A stretch of 40,511 nucleotides of DNA from Candidatus Woesearchaeota archaeon (lineage in GTDB: Archaea > Nanobdellota > Nanobdellia > Woesearchaeales > WJKL01). Positions 28,528 through 37,303 of this stretch are shown here, in pieces. The stretch spans positions 1 to 40,511 of the forward strand of contig JAAOYC010000018.1 of NCBI GenBank assembly GCA_018221125.1, read 5' to 3'. The position numbers were made by a program, and so were the translations under genes. Each line of letters begins with the position of its first letter. Positions within the stretch are counted from its first letter, which is position 1. Below the pieces are notes generated by a model. It was not told the DNA's origin. It ran no database searches and worked only from the letters and a program-made list of their open reading frames with translations.

Positions 28528-29597
28528 AAATCAGTAAGTTTTTTTGTTGTTCCTTTATACCTGATTATTGTTGTATTTCCTTCTTCGCCGCCTTGTGTTT
28601 TTTCAGTTGTGATGTATTTGCCTTGTTCTAGTTTTTTGATTTTTCTCTGAAAGCTTTTGTAAGATAAAGAGCCGCTGTTTTCCTGATAGAGCTTGAATAA
28701 ATCTCCAATCTTGGTGTTGCTGTTTTTCTTTATTATATCAAGTATGCTTTTTGTATCATCCCGCAAATCTGTTGACTTCTTGATTGAGAATTCATCAAGC
28801 TTTTCAATTGCTTTTTTAACATGCTCTAAGGTTATTTTTTTGGCTGCATTGTCTTCTGCAATTGTGGCAGATTCTTTTAGCAGATATAACCCAGAACGGA
28901 TATCAGAAAGCTCTGCTGTTCTTTTAGCAGCTGTGTTGAATGCTTCATCATCCCAGACTCCTGGAACAAATGCATATTTTAATCTGTGTTTTAAGATGCC
29001 TTTTGTTTCTTCTGCATTGTACTGCCTGAATTCAACCAGTTCTGCTGTTAATCTTGACTTGACCCTTTCATCAAGGGAATTAAGCCAGGATTTGTAGTTT
29101 GTAATCAGGAAAATAGATTTTCTGTATATTTCTTCCAGAATGGTGTAAAGAAATTCAAGGTCTTCCAGCTTGTCAATCTCATCCAAGACAAAAACAGCTG
29201 TTTTTTGGTTGACTATTTTCTTTATTTCTTCTATTAATTCATCTGCTCTTTTATTTTGAGTGAATCTATAGCCTAATTGCTCGCAGATATCTGTTATTAT
29301 CTTGAATGTTGTGTTTTTTTTCCAGCAGTTTATGTAAATAGGATAGACATCATCTGTTTCATTTTCCAGGTCTCTTAGAACATGCCTTACTGCTGCTGTT
29401 TTTCCAATTCCAGGAGGGCCATGTATCAGAAGATTTTTTCCATTTCGCTTTTGCAGCAATGGCTTAATGCAGTTAGCTAGATAGAACTGCTCCTTTTCCC
29501 TGTAAGGAAGAAGCTTTGGCAAGAAATCATAATCTAATGCAATTTCATCCCTAAATAGAGATTCATTTTCCTTAAGCATATCTTTGAATAAGTTCAT
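28524..29597 (-). CDS. cdc6: Orc1/Cdc6 family AAA+ protein
   Basis: P..LPYRE, GPPGIGKT, YINCW, LDEIDKL, RVKSRL, DIR; C-terminal winged helix; GAGGGG RBS. Confidence 0.92.
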   Translation of the reverse strand: MNLFKDMLKENESLFRDEIALDYDFLPKLLPYREKEQFYLANCIKPLLQKRNGKNLLIHGPPGIGKTAAVRHVLRDLENETDDVYPIYINCWKKNTTFKIITDICEQLGYRFTQNKRADELIEEIKKIVNQKTAVFVLDEIDKLEDLEFLYTILEEIYRKSIFLITNYKSWLNSLDERVKSRLTAELVEFRQYNAEETKGILKHRLKYAFVPGVWDDEAFNTAAKRTAELSDIRSGLYLLKESATIAEDNAAKKITLEHVKKAIEKLDEFSIKKSTDLRDDTKSILDIIKKNSNTKIGDLFKLYQENSGSLSYKSFQRKIKKLEQGKYITTEKTQGGEEGNTTIIRYKGTTKKLTDF

Positions 29598-29705
29598 CTA
29601 AAGCCCCTCTTGTTTAAGAATAGTTTTAAGAGATTTAAAAATTTTTGGTTTTCAGTTAAGTTTTTATACTTTTAAATTTAATTTAGTTAAAAAAGAGGTG
29701 AATAT

Positions 29706-30008
29706 ATGGGAAAGAGAGCTCCTGTTAAGATAGTTGTGTTAGATGTTTTAAAACCGCATGAACCTAATATTCTTGATTTAGGAAGAGCATTATGTCAGGA
29801 TTCTAATGTTCTTGATGTGAATGTTTCTGTTTATGCTGTTGACGAAAAGACAGAGTCAACTAAGGTAACAATCTCTGGCAAGGATATTGATTTTGATCAG
29901 ATAAAAAAGATTGTAGATGATAATGGAGCTGTTATCCACAGTATTGATAAAGTTGTTGTTGGAAAGAAAGAAATTATTCCTGTACCTCCTGAAGTTTCTC
30001 TTAAATGA
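29706..30008 (+). CDS. DUF211-family protein
   Basis: VLDVLKPHEP and GAVIHSID motifs; GAGGTGA RBS. Confidence 0.9.
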   Translation: MGKRAPVKIVVLDVLKPHEPNILDLGRALCQDSNVLDVNVSVYAVDEKTESTKVTISGKDIDFDQIKKIVDDNGAVIHSIDKVVVGKKEIIPVPPEVSLK

Positions 30009-30586
30009 GCTTTGTAAATAAATTCAAATTACTGTATCAGCATAAAATAGTTAGAAGGTATATTGTTACTAATGCTTTTGACGGAGCATTGACGATATTG
30101 GGAATTCTTTTAGCTATGTTCTTTGCAGGTATAGAAGACCCTCGTTTAATAATCCTGCCTGGAATAGGTTCAGCTATTGCTTTGGGAGTTTCTGGTGTAT
30201 GGGGGGCTTATGCTGCTGAGACTAGCGAAACTGCCAATAAGATGAAAGAACTTGAAAGGCATCTTTTAGTTAAGTTAGGAAAAAGCAATATAAGCAAAAA
30301 AGCAAGCAAGATGGCTTATTTTATCTCTTTTGTTAATGGAACAATACCCTTGATGGTGTCTTTTTTGATATTGTCTCCCTTTTTTATTGTAATATTTAAT
30401 GTATTTTCTGTTGATGTTGGTTATTTGCTGGCTCTTATTATTGCATCTGTAATCTTATTTTTGTTAGGAGTTTTTACAGGATTTACAGCAAAAGAAAATA
30501 TGATCAAGAACGGATTCAAAATGCTTTTAGCAGGGGTTGTGATAGGAGCTATATTCTTTATTCTTGCCAGATTAGGATTGTTGTAG
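30005..30586 (+). CDS. VIT1/CCC1-like membrane protein (TIGR00267-like)
   Basis: RRYIVTNAFDG, GVSGVWGAYAAE; typical partner of DUF211. Confidence 0.85.
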   Translation: MSFVNKFKLLYQHKIVRRYIVTNAFDGALTILGILLAMFFAGIEDPRLIILPGIGSAIALGVSGVWGAYAAETSETANKMKELERHLLVKLGKSNISKKASKMAYFISFVNGTIPLMVSFLILSPFFIVIFNVFSVDVGYLLALIIASVILFLLGVFTGFTAKENMIKNGFKMLLAGVVIGAIFFILARLGLL

Positions 30587-30588
30587 AA

Positions 30589-30798
30589 TTAAATCAATCC
30601 TTTAATCATATAATGGCTGCTTAGAAGTATTGTTATTGCTGCTGCTACAGAAACTATATAACTCAATAATTCATTGCTTGGAAGGATAAACAAATCTGCC
30701 AATCCCCAGATTCCACGCCAAAACAGGACAATACCAATTGCTATAACTACTGCAAATATTCTTTTTTGATTTTTCTTCAGGTTTTTGAAGTCTTTCAT
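30589..30798 (-). CDS. Small membrane protein
   Basis: Two TM segments, FWRGIWGLAD motif; overlaps the serS stop (ATGA). Confidence 0.8.
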   Translation of the reverse strand: MKDFKNLKKNQKRIFAVVIAIGIVLFWRGIWGLADLFILPSNELLSYIVSVAAAITILLSSHYMIKGLI

Positions 30799-32075
30799 TT
30801 CTTTGCCTCAATCTTTGTCTTTCCATTCATATAAGGCTGAAGAACTTTTGGTATGTTTACTGAACCATCTTTGTTTTGATAGTTTTCCAGGATTGCAACC
30901 ATTGCTCTTGATGTTGCCATAACTGTGTTGTTCAAAGTATGAACAAAATATTTTTCTTTTTTGTCTGTAGCTTTGATGTTTAATCTTCTTGCCTGCGCTG
31001 CTTCCATGTTTGTCAAAGAAGTTATTTCAAAATATTCTTTTCTTCTTGGAGACCAGGCTTCTAAGTCTGATGACTTTGCTTTTAGATCTCCCAGATCTCC
31101 TGAGCAGCATTCGACTTCTCTTATCGGAAGGCCTAATTTTTTGAATATTGTTTTTGAATGTTTGTTCATCTCATCATAGAATTTGTATGAGTCTTCTGGC
31201 TCGCAGATAACAATCATTTCCTGTTTATTGAACTGATGTGTCCTGTATAATCCTTTTTCATCTATTCCATGGCTTCCAATCTCTTTTCTAAAGCAAGCTG
31301 AGAATCCTGTAATCTTGATTGGAAGTTTTTCTTTATTGATTGTTTTGTTGATAAACATCCCAATCAATGGATGTTCTGAAGTTGCTATCAGAAACAAATC
31401 TTCTCCTTCTATTTTGTAAGCCATCTGCTGGATTTCTTCATGAGAATAAACTCCTGTAAGTATCTCTTGTTTTATCATCAATGGAGGCTCTATGTATTGA
31501 TAATCCTGTTTTACCATATAATCGCGGGCAAAATTGACTAATGCCATGTTTAGCAATGCCAAATCTCCTTTGAGATAATAAAATCCATTGCCTGATATTT
31601 TTGCAGATGTGTCAAAATCAGCAACATCTAAATTTTCTGCAATCTCTACATGGGATTTTACATCAAAATCAAACTTCTTTGGCTTGCCAATAGTTTCTCT
31701 TACTTTGTTTTCTTTATCATTTTTTCCAGTTGGAACAGATTTATGAATCATATTAGGGATTATGTAGAGAAGCTGTTTGATTTCTATTTTTAATTTTTTT
31801 AATTTATCTTCAACTTCTCTTATCTGGTCTGGAATCTTTTTTGCTTTATTTACTAATCTAGAAATATCATCTCCAATCTTTTTTGCTTTATTTATATCAG
31901 AGGTAATTTTATTTCTTTCAAATCTTAGTTTTTCAGATTCCTGAAGAAGTTCTCTGTATTCTTGGTCTTTTTTTATCAAGTCATCTACTGCTTGTATTTT
32001 TTCATCCTGGAACTTCTTTTTTATGTTTTCTTTTACTTTTTCAGGATTTTCCCTTATGAATTTGATATCTAACAT
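30795..32075 (-). CDS. serS: Serine--tRNA ligase
   Basis: MLDIKFIREN, LIATSE, CFRKE, GLYRTHQFNKQE, HTLNNT, LENYQ. Confidence 0.97.
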   Translation of the reverse strand: MLDIKFIRENPEKVKENIKKKFQDEKIQAVDDLIKKDQEYRELLQESEKLRFERNKITSDINKAKKIGDDISRLVNKAKKIPDQIREVEDKLKKLKIEIKQLLYIIPNMIHKSVPTGKNDKENKVRETIGKPKKFDFDVKSHVEIAENLDVADFDTSAKISGNGFYYLKGDLALLNMALVNFARDYMVKQDYQYIEPPLMIKQEILTGVYSHEEIQQMAYKIEGEDLFLIATSEHPLIGMFINKTINKEKLPIKITGFSACFRKEIGSHGIDEKGLYRTHQFNKQEMIVICEPEDSYKFYDEMNKHSKTIFKKLGLPIREVECCSGDLGDLKAKSSDLEAWSPRRKEYFEITSLTNMEAAQARRLNIKATDKKEKYFVHTLNNTVMATSRAMVAILENYQNKDGSVNIPKVLQPYMNGKTKIEAKK

Positions 32076-32212
32076 ATTGACTAATTTAAATAGAACTCCT
32101 ATATAAAATTACTCAATTTTTAACAGCTATTTAATGAGACGAAAAACACCAAAAAGTTTATATAGGAGATATGCTATAATAGTCCTGAGGGAGTAGCAGA
32201 GATTGGGGGCTG

Positions 32213-32677
32213 GTGGATAGACCAGCAATGTTTGAAGCAAAAACATCAACAACAGAGAAGGAGGATATAAGTTTCAGAGTTTCTAATTCAAAAGACTATC
32301 ATTATAGGGGCATATCTTATGATGGAATACAATATGAATTAGAAGCCAAACCTGATGATAGGGGGCTTGTTGATCTTACAATTCGAAGAGAGGGTATTCC
32401 TAAAGAAGCTAGATTTCTTTCACCTACTATGCATGATGCAAGGGCAGTTATTTCTTCACTTTGTTATGAGCCTAAGGATGTAGATTATGTATTCAAACAA
32501 TATGCAGATTTGCCTAATATAGGTAATAAAGTAAGTCACTCTAAATTATTAGATATAATTCACAAAGACTCTAAATTAGTATCAACACGTACTATGTATC
32601 CGTCTGAAGCATTCTTAGAAGCTTTTAGAGCACCTACAAAAAGATGTCCAAACTTAATTCCATCATACCAAAGTTAA
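32213..32677 (+). CDS. Hypothetical protein (possibly frameshifted at the 3' end)
   Basis: 154-aa ORF, start uncertain, upstream TATA at ~32157; no recognisable domain. Confidence 0.55.
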   Translation: MDRPAMFEAKTSTTEKEDISFRVSNSKDYHYRGISYDGIQYELEAKPDDRGLVDLTIRREGIPKEARFLSPTMHDARAVISSLCYEPKDVDYVFKQYADLPNIGNKVSHSKLLDIIHKDSKLVSTRTMYPSEAFLEAFRAPTKRCPNLIPSYQS

Positions 32678-32809
32678 TCGCTGCAAAAGGATTTTATGCA
32701 GCAACTCATGAGTTAAAAAGAGAAGATATTCCTTACAAGGGATTTAATTTCAAAGCTTCATAGCCATTTTTTTGTGTTTGGTTGGGTTTTTTAGAAAGGT
32801 GAACCCAAC

Positions 32810-33547
32810 ATGAAATCAGTGCAGGAAATAGCCGTAACAAGAGAAGATAAGAACAGTTTAGAAGATAATATTTCTAGTAGAAAAATAATAGTTGAATCGA
32901 ATGATATTTATGGAAATGAGTTTAAATTCTATACTTGCAATGATCATTACAATGAAGACCAGCGAAAATGTGCGGTTGGTTATATAAAAGAAAATGAAAT
33001 TTCTTTTGAAGAAATAGCTTCAATTTTTTCAAGAGATATATTTATGAAGAAGGAAGGAAATTACAGAGCTCAGAAAAATGATTTTTTATATTACGATGGA
33101 GTGTTATATACCCAAGATGTTGATGGAAAAGAAATAAGAATATCCAAATTTTCAGAAAAAGAGATTGCAAGACTTCAAAATTATTTTGATATTGAAGTAG
33201 ATAATTCTGAGATGATCCAGCAAAAAAAAGTTGATGTCTATCACGGCGATTTTGACCCCTTAGGATTGATGGCTAAGTTTGATTTTCATTATAAGGCTCA
33301 ATTAAGAAAAGCTTTTGATGGAATATATTTTATTGCCAGCATAAATGGAAGTGTTTTTGAAAGAGGCAAATGGATAATTGGAAAGAAAAATAAAGCTAGG
33401 AGAGCTTTTAATTATCTTACCTTTAATGTAAAAGAATGCAATAAACATCTTGTAAGACTGCAAAAAAAACATCAAAAAACCGAAGTAAATTTTGATGAAT
33501 TTTTACAAGAAGAAGATATATCTTTAGAAGAAATTCTTGCAGCTTAG
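32810..33547 (+). CDS. Hypothetical protein
   Basis: 245-aa ORF with AGGTGA RBS. Confidence 0.7.
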   Translation: MKSVQEIAVTREDKNSLEDNISSRKIIVESNDIYGNEFKFYTCNDHYNEDQRKCAVGYIKENEISFEEIASIFSRDIFMKKEGNYRAQKNDFLYYDGVLYTQDVDGKEIRISKFSEKEIARLQNYFDIEVDNSEMIQQKKVDVYHGDFDPLGLMAKFDFHYKAQLRKAFDGIYFIASINGSVFERGKWIIGKKNKARRAFNYLTFNVKECNKHLVRLQKKHQKTEVNFDEFLQEEDISLEEILAA

Positions 33548-35176
33548 TTATCTTCGTCTATTACCTTTTCTTCGCTTTCTATTTTTTTTGTTTCCTTCAA
33601 CCCCAACAAGTTCCTGGATATCTAAGCTTAAGCCAAGTTCTTGTTCAATCTCTCCAATGTGCTTTCCGCCTTTTCCTATGATTCCAGGGATTGCATATTC
33701 TGGAACACGGACAATTGCCTTGTTTGTTGAGATAACTTCAACATCAACATCATCAGCATACATCTGGAAATATCTTTTGATTGGGTCTTCTAGAAGTCTT
33801 AGTATTGGAGATTTTTTCCCTGTTGCTTTTACTGGAACAACAACTGTCTCTTCTCCATAGCTATATAATTCAAATTCAAGTTTTGTTGTTTCAAAGTCTG
33901 TTACTGTTACAACTGGACGAGCTAAATCTGCTTCTGTCATTCCTGACGGCACTTTGACTTCCATCTGCAGAGAAAGGACTTTGTTAATCTGTCCATCTTT
34001 TATGAAAATAACTGTGTCAATAATATGGGGAATAACTCCTAATTCAATCTTTCCAACAAATCTCTGGATAGCATCAACTGGAGCTGTTGCGTGGATAACT
34101 CCTGCTAATCCAATTCCTGATAATCTTAAGTCTGCAAATAATGCAAAGTCTTCTTTATTTCTCATCTCATCAAATAAAGTGTAATCTGGCCTTGATAACA
34201 ACAGGATATCATGGATTTCCTGTGAAGAGCCATGTGAAATTGCATATTGAGTTATTGTATCTGGAAGAACTAAATCACGGGGAGCTTCAATTGTCTTTAC
34301 TATTTTTCCTTTTTCAGCATAGAATTCTGCCAGTGCTGCTGCAAAAGTTGATTTTCCCATTCCAGGAGCTCCTGCAATCAATATTCCTTCTGCCTGTTCT
34401 GCAAGTCTTTTTTGAAGTTTTTCTGAGATGCTATAATCATTGATTGAAAGATGTTTTACTGGTCTTACTGCAGTGATTTCCCAGCCGTCTGAAAATGGAG
34501 GACGAGTTATAACAATCCTGAATTTTCCTAACTGAACAATTGTTGAGCCTTCCCTTTCAATCTCAATAAATCCATCCAGAGAAGCTCTCGCTTCTTCTAT
34601 TATCTCTGAGCTGATCTCTTTGATTTCTTCTTTATCTATCTTTGAATCTCTTATTTTTGTGAATTCCCATTTTCCTGGCTGTCCTTTTTTAGCTGCTGGA
34701 AATGTATTGTCCCTTAAATGGACAGACATTGTTGCTGCATCAAAGAAAGATTGTAATTTTAGTTTCTTTGTTTTTGCATATTTTTCAATCAAAATATATT
34801 TCATGCCTCTTGCCTGCGCAACCTTGGCTTGTATCTTGTCTGCAGTCATCAAGGTAGCATCTTCTTCATAGGCTAGCTGGCGAATCAGAGCATCAATCTC
34901 TCCTAAAGAAGCATATTTTATTTCTCCTGCAGAAGGCCTTTTTCCCGAAAATAATATTTCAAAATTATTTTTGGATAATTTTCTTAGTTTTTCTATTTCA
35001 TCCAATCCGATATGGCCAATTGCCTTTCCTTCATTAGCTTGATGTTCTAGTTCAGCTAAGACAGCTTCATGGATTATCAATGAGACTATTTCAATCTCTT
35101 TTTCCTGCAGTTTTTTTGACACCAGTCCCTCAACAATGACTGAGGTGTCTGGAATCAGTTTTTCGATTTTTTGCAT
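33548..35176 (-). CDS. PIN domain - ATPase - KH domain protein (PINA / MJ1533 family)
   Basis: PDTSV PIN motif, GAPGMGKST, RPDYTLFDEMR, KH IIGKGG; true start MQKIEK at 35176 because the longer ORF overlaps tRNA-Ser. Confidence 0.92.
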   Translation of the reverse strand: MQKIEKLIPDTSVIVEGLVSKKLQEKEIEIVSLIIHEAVLAELEHQANEGKAIGHIGLDEIEKLRKLSKNNFEILFSGKRPSAGEIKYASLGEIDALIRQLAYEEDATLMTADKIQAKVAQARGMKYILIEKYAKTKKLKLQSFFDAATMSVHLRDNTFPAAKKGQPGKWEFTKIRDSKIDKEEIKEISSEIIEEARASLDGFIEIEREGSTIVQLGKFRIVITRPPFSDGWEITAVRPVKHLSINDYSISEKLQKRLAEQAEGILIAGAPGMGKSTFAAALAEFYAEKGKIVKTIEAPRDLVLPDTITQYAISHGSSQEIHDILLLSRPDYTLFDEMRNKEDFALFADLRLSGIGLAGVIHATAPVDAIQRFVGKIELGVIPHIIDTVIFIKDGQINKVLSLQMEVKVPSGMTEADLARPVVTVTDFETTKLEFELYSYGEETVVVPVKATGKKSPILRLLEDPIKRYFQMYADDVDVEVISTNKAIVRVPEYAIPGIIGKGGKHIGEIEQELGLSLDIQELVGVEGNKKNRKRRKGNRRR

Positions 35177-35187
35177 TTTAAAAATGA

Positions 35188-35311
35188 CGCCGAGGATGAG
35201 ATTTGAACTCATGTGCCCCGAAGGACAATAGATTTTTGTGTGCCATTGTAAGTTTCTTACGAACAATGTTCGTAGCAATCTACCGCAATGGCCAGACTAT
35301 GCGACCTCGGC
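35188..35311 (-). tRNA. tRNA-Ser(GCU) with 39-nt intron at 37/38 (35234-35272)
   Basis: Acceptor GCCGAGG/CCTCGGC, G discriminator, anticodon stem GTAGA/TCTAT, long variable arm TGTCC-TTCG-GGGCA, T arm ATGAG TTCAAAT CTCAT. Confidence 0.92.
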
Positions 35312-35348
35312 TTAGTATGTTGGAATCCTAGTGGCTTTTTAAAGATTT

Positions 35349-36071
35349 CTATAAATTATATTTTTTAACTAATTGAACAAAACGTTTTTTATTAAACGGA
35401 ATTCTAAATCCTATTTCTTTAAATTTTGCAAAATTTTCTTTTTTATAAATAGATATTCTATATTGCCTAGTCCTATTTATTCCTCCAATTCTCGGTTTGA
35501 TGTAAGATTCTATATCTAAACTAGCTAAAATCTTCTTTATATCAAAGGCAAATTCTTCATCTTTTGTAATGAATCTAATTTCACTTAAAGATTTTAATAT
35601 TGTTCCTTCCATATCATAAGCTTGCTGCAGATATGCAATTCTAACTGATTTAGAAGAACCAAAAATCCAAGATGGAATTCTCATCTGTTCATTTGATTTG
35701 GGGATTCCAATAATATGATAACAGAATCTTGCTAATGTTTTTGAGTTAGTATAAATGTCAGTGCAACCTTTTTTGTCTATTTTTGTAAATATTTTATTCT
35801 TTGGAGAAAATATCTTTGTTATCAAATCTCTAAATAACTTTATTTTATTTAAATCTTTTTTCTGATGAAAATATATTCTCATCAAATCTTTTATTAAACT
35901 ACCATCGGGCATCATTCCAGCAAACCTTGCACAATCTTCATCTAATTGAAATGGTATTTTAATAAATATATTATTCCTTCCATTACCATATTTCAATTTA
36001 TATTTGCTATAATGAGGAGAAATTTCAAAATACCTCTCCAATAAATCTTTGGTTATTTTATTTGATTTCAT
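35349..36071 (-). CDS. Free-standing, divergent LAGLIDADG-family protein
   Basis: ARFAGMMPDGS and AYLQQAYDMEGT helices; IPSWIF linker; ISIY...FKEIGF tail typical of DOD domains. Confidence 0.78.
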   Translation of the reverse strand: MKSNKITKDLLERYFEISPHYSKYKLKYGNGRNNIFIKIPFQLDEDCARFAGMMPDGSLIKDLMRIYFHQKKDLNKIKLFRDLITKIFSPKNKIFTKIDKKGCTDIYTNSKTLARFCYHIIGIPKSNEQMRIPSWIFGSSKSVRIAYLQQAYDMEGTILKSLSEIRFITKDEEFAFDIKKILASLDIESYIKPRIGGINRTRQYRISIYKKENFAKFKEIGFRIPFNKKRFVQLVKKYNL

Positions 36072-36131
36072 TTGAATCTAATCTTAATAACTATCTAAAT
36101 GATTTTCTTGTTTATAAGCTCTATGGCTACT

Positions 36132-36147
36132 TGTCCAGTGACCAGTG
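36132..36147 (-). promoter_or_regulatory. 16-bp motif, copy 3
   Basis: On the - strand 14 bp upstream of TTATAAAC and 60 bp upstream of the LAGLIDADG ATG at 36071. Confidence 0.75.
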
Positions 36148-36259
36148 GAAAAATTATAATTTAACAATTATTCATTAAGGATAATTGAAATCAATTAGAA
36201 TTACAAAGATACCCATTATAGCAAGTTTTATAAAAGGATATATGTTTTTTTGACAATAT

Positions 36260-36415
36260 AGCGAGGTGGGGCTTGAGTAGCCTTAATTGACTACTCACCC
36301 AAGAGTCAGGAGTGCCCGTCGGGCTCATATTGCTTTGAGCAACGAGACACCCGGAAAAGAAGGAGTAAATGCCTTCTTTGGGCAAAGGTCGGAAGTTCAA
36401 ATCTTCCCCTCGCTA
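36260..36415 (+). tRNA. Initiator tRNA-Met(CAU) with three introns (36273-36303, 36330-36348, 36355-36385)
   Basis: A1-U72 acceptor AGCGAGG/CCTCGCT, three G-C pairs in the anticodon stem, CAT at 36326-36328; removing the three BHB-bounded inserts gives a 75-nt cloverleaf. Confidence 0.9.
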
Positions 36416-36450
36416 TATTTTCTAAAAAAAAAGAGTGATAGCAATTTAAA

Positions 36451-37080
36451 ATGACAATAGATACTATTGGGTTTGACTGGAGCGGAACTTTAAGCAATGA
36501 TTTTGATTGTGTTATTAAGTCATTAAATGATGTTTTAGGAGAATATGGTGTTGGCCCTGTTTCTGCAGAGCACCTAAGGCAAAATTATGAAAAATATCCT
36601 GTTAAGTTTTATAGAAAATTAGGAATTACTGATTCTAAAGAAAATATTCATGAGAAATACAAAAAGCATTATGATGAAAATTATAGAATTAAAAGGCCAG
36701 AGCCTTTTGAAGACATTGAACTTATTTTAGCAGAATTATACAAAGAACACAAAAAGCTTATGGTATTAAGCACGCATCCTCAGGAATTTCTAGAGCGGGA
36801 GGTAAAAGAATATGGGTTTTATACTTTTTTTGATGGAAGAATATTTGGAGATGTAAGTGCTAAATCACTGACAATTAAAGAACAATCAGCTAATCTAAAT
36901 AATTTTGTTATGGTGGGAGATACGTGGGTTGATATGGAAGAAGGAAAAAAAGCAGGAGTTGTGACTATTGGAGTTCTTACAGGCTATAATTATGAAGATA
37001 AATTAGAGCCTTATGCAGACCATATATTGAAAGATCTTTCTGAATTGCCTGATCTTTTGAGAAGACTTGAGATTCCATAA
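36451..37080 (+). CDS. HAD-superfamily hydrolase
   Basis: FDWSGTL, LST, K, MVGDTWVD motifs. Confidence 0.88.
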   Translation: MTIDTIGFDWSGTLSNDFDCVIKSLNDVLGEYGVGPVSAEHLRQNYEKYPVKFYRKLGITDSKENIHEKYKKHYDENYRIKRPEPFEDIELILAELYKEHKKLMVLSTHPQEFLEREVKEYGFYTFFDGRIFGDVSAKSLTIKEQSANLNNFVMVGDTWVDMEEGKKAGVVTIGVLTGYNYEDKLEPYADHILKDLSELPDLLRRLEIP

Positions 37081-37109
37081 AGTTTATAAACTAACTATTG
37101 ATTTTCAAT

Positions 37110-37300
37110 TATATCAAGAGGTAGGACGGTAGTGCGAATAAAATTTGCTTTGCAAATTTCGTACCAGCTTCCCTATGCTGGAGATGAAGAGACAAAGTTG
37201 GGATTGGCCCAACATGATTTAAAATTTGACAAAGTCAAATTTCAAATAATTCTTTATTTCCTAATTGATAATAATTTAAAAATTTGAAAAAGGTGAAAAT
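37110..37300 (+). ncRNA. Candidate structured 5' leader of the uS15 operon
   Basis: TATA at ~37083, about 190 nt with four hairpins before the AGGTGA RBS. Confidence 0.4.
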
Positions 37301-37303
37301 AAA

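Noticed and set aside
35177..35278. N-terminal extension of the PIN-ATPase ORF
   Set aside because: It runs through tRNA-Ser; the PIN domain starts at MQKIEK (35176)
36191..36497. Two short minus-strand ORFs (69 and 63 aa)
   Set aside because: Antisense to the initiator tRNA; no coding features
37170..37230. C/D box sRNA or fluoride riboswitch
   Set aside because: GGAGATGA is present, but there is no CTGA D box or riboswitch pseudoknot partner
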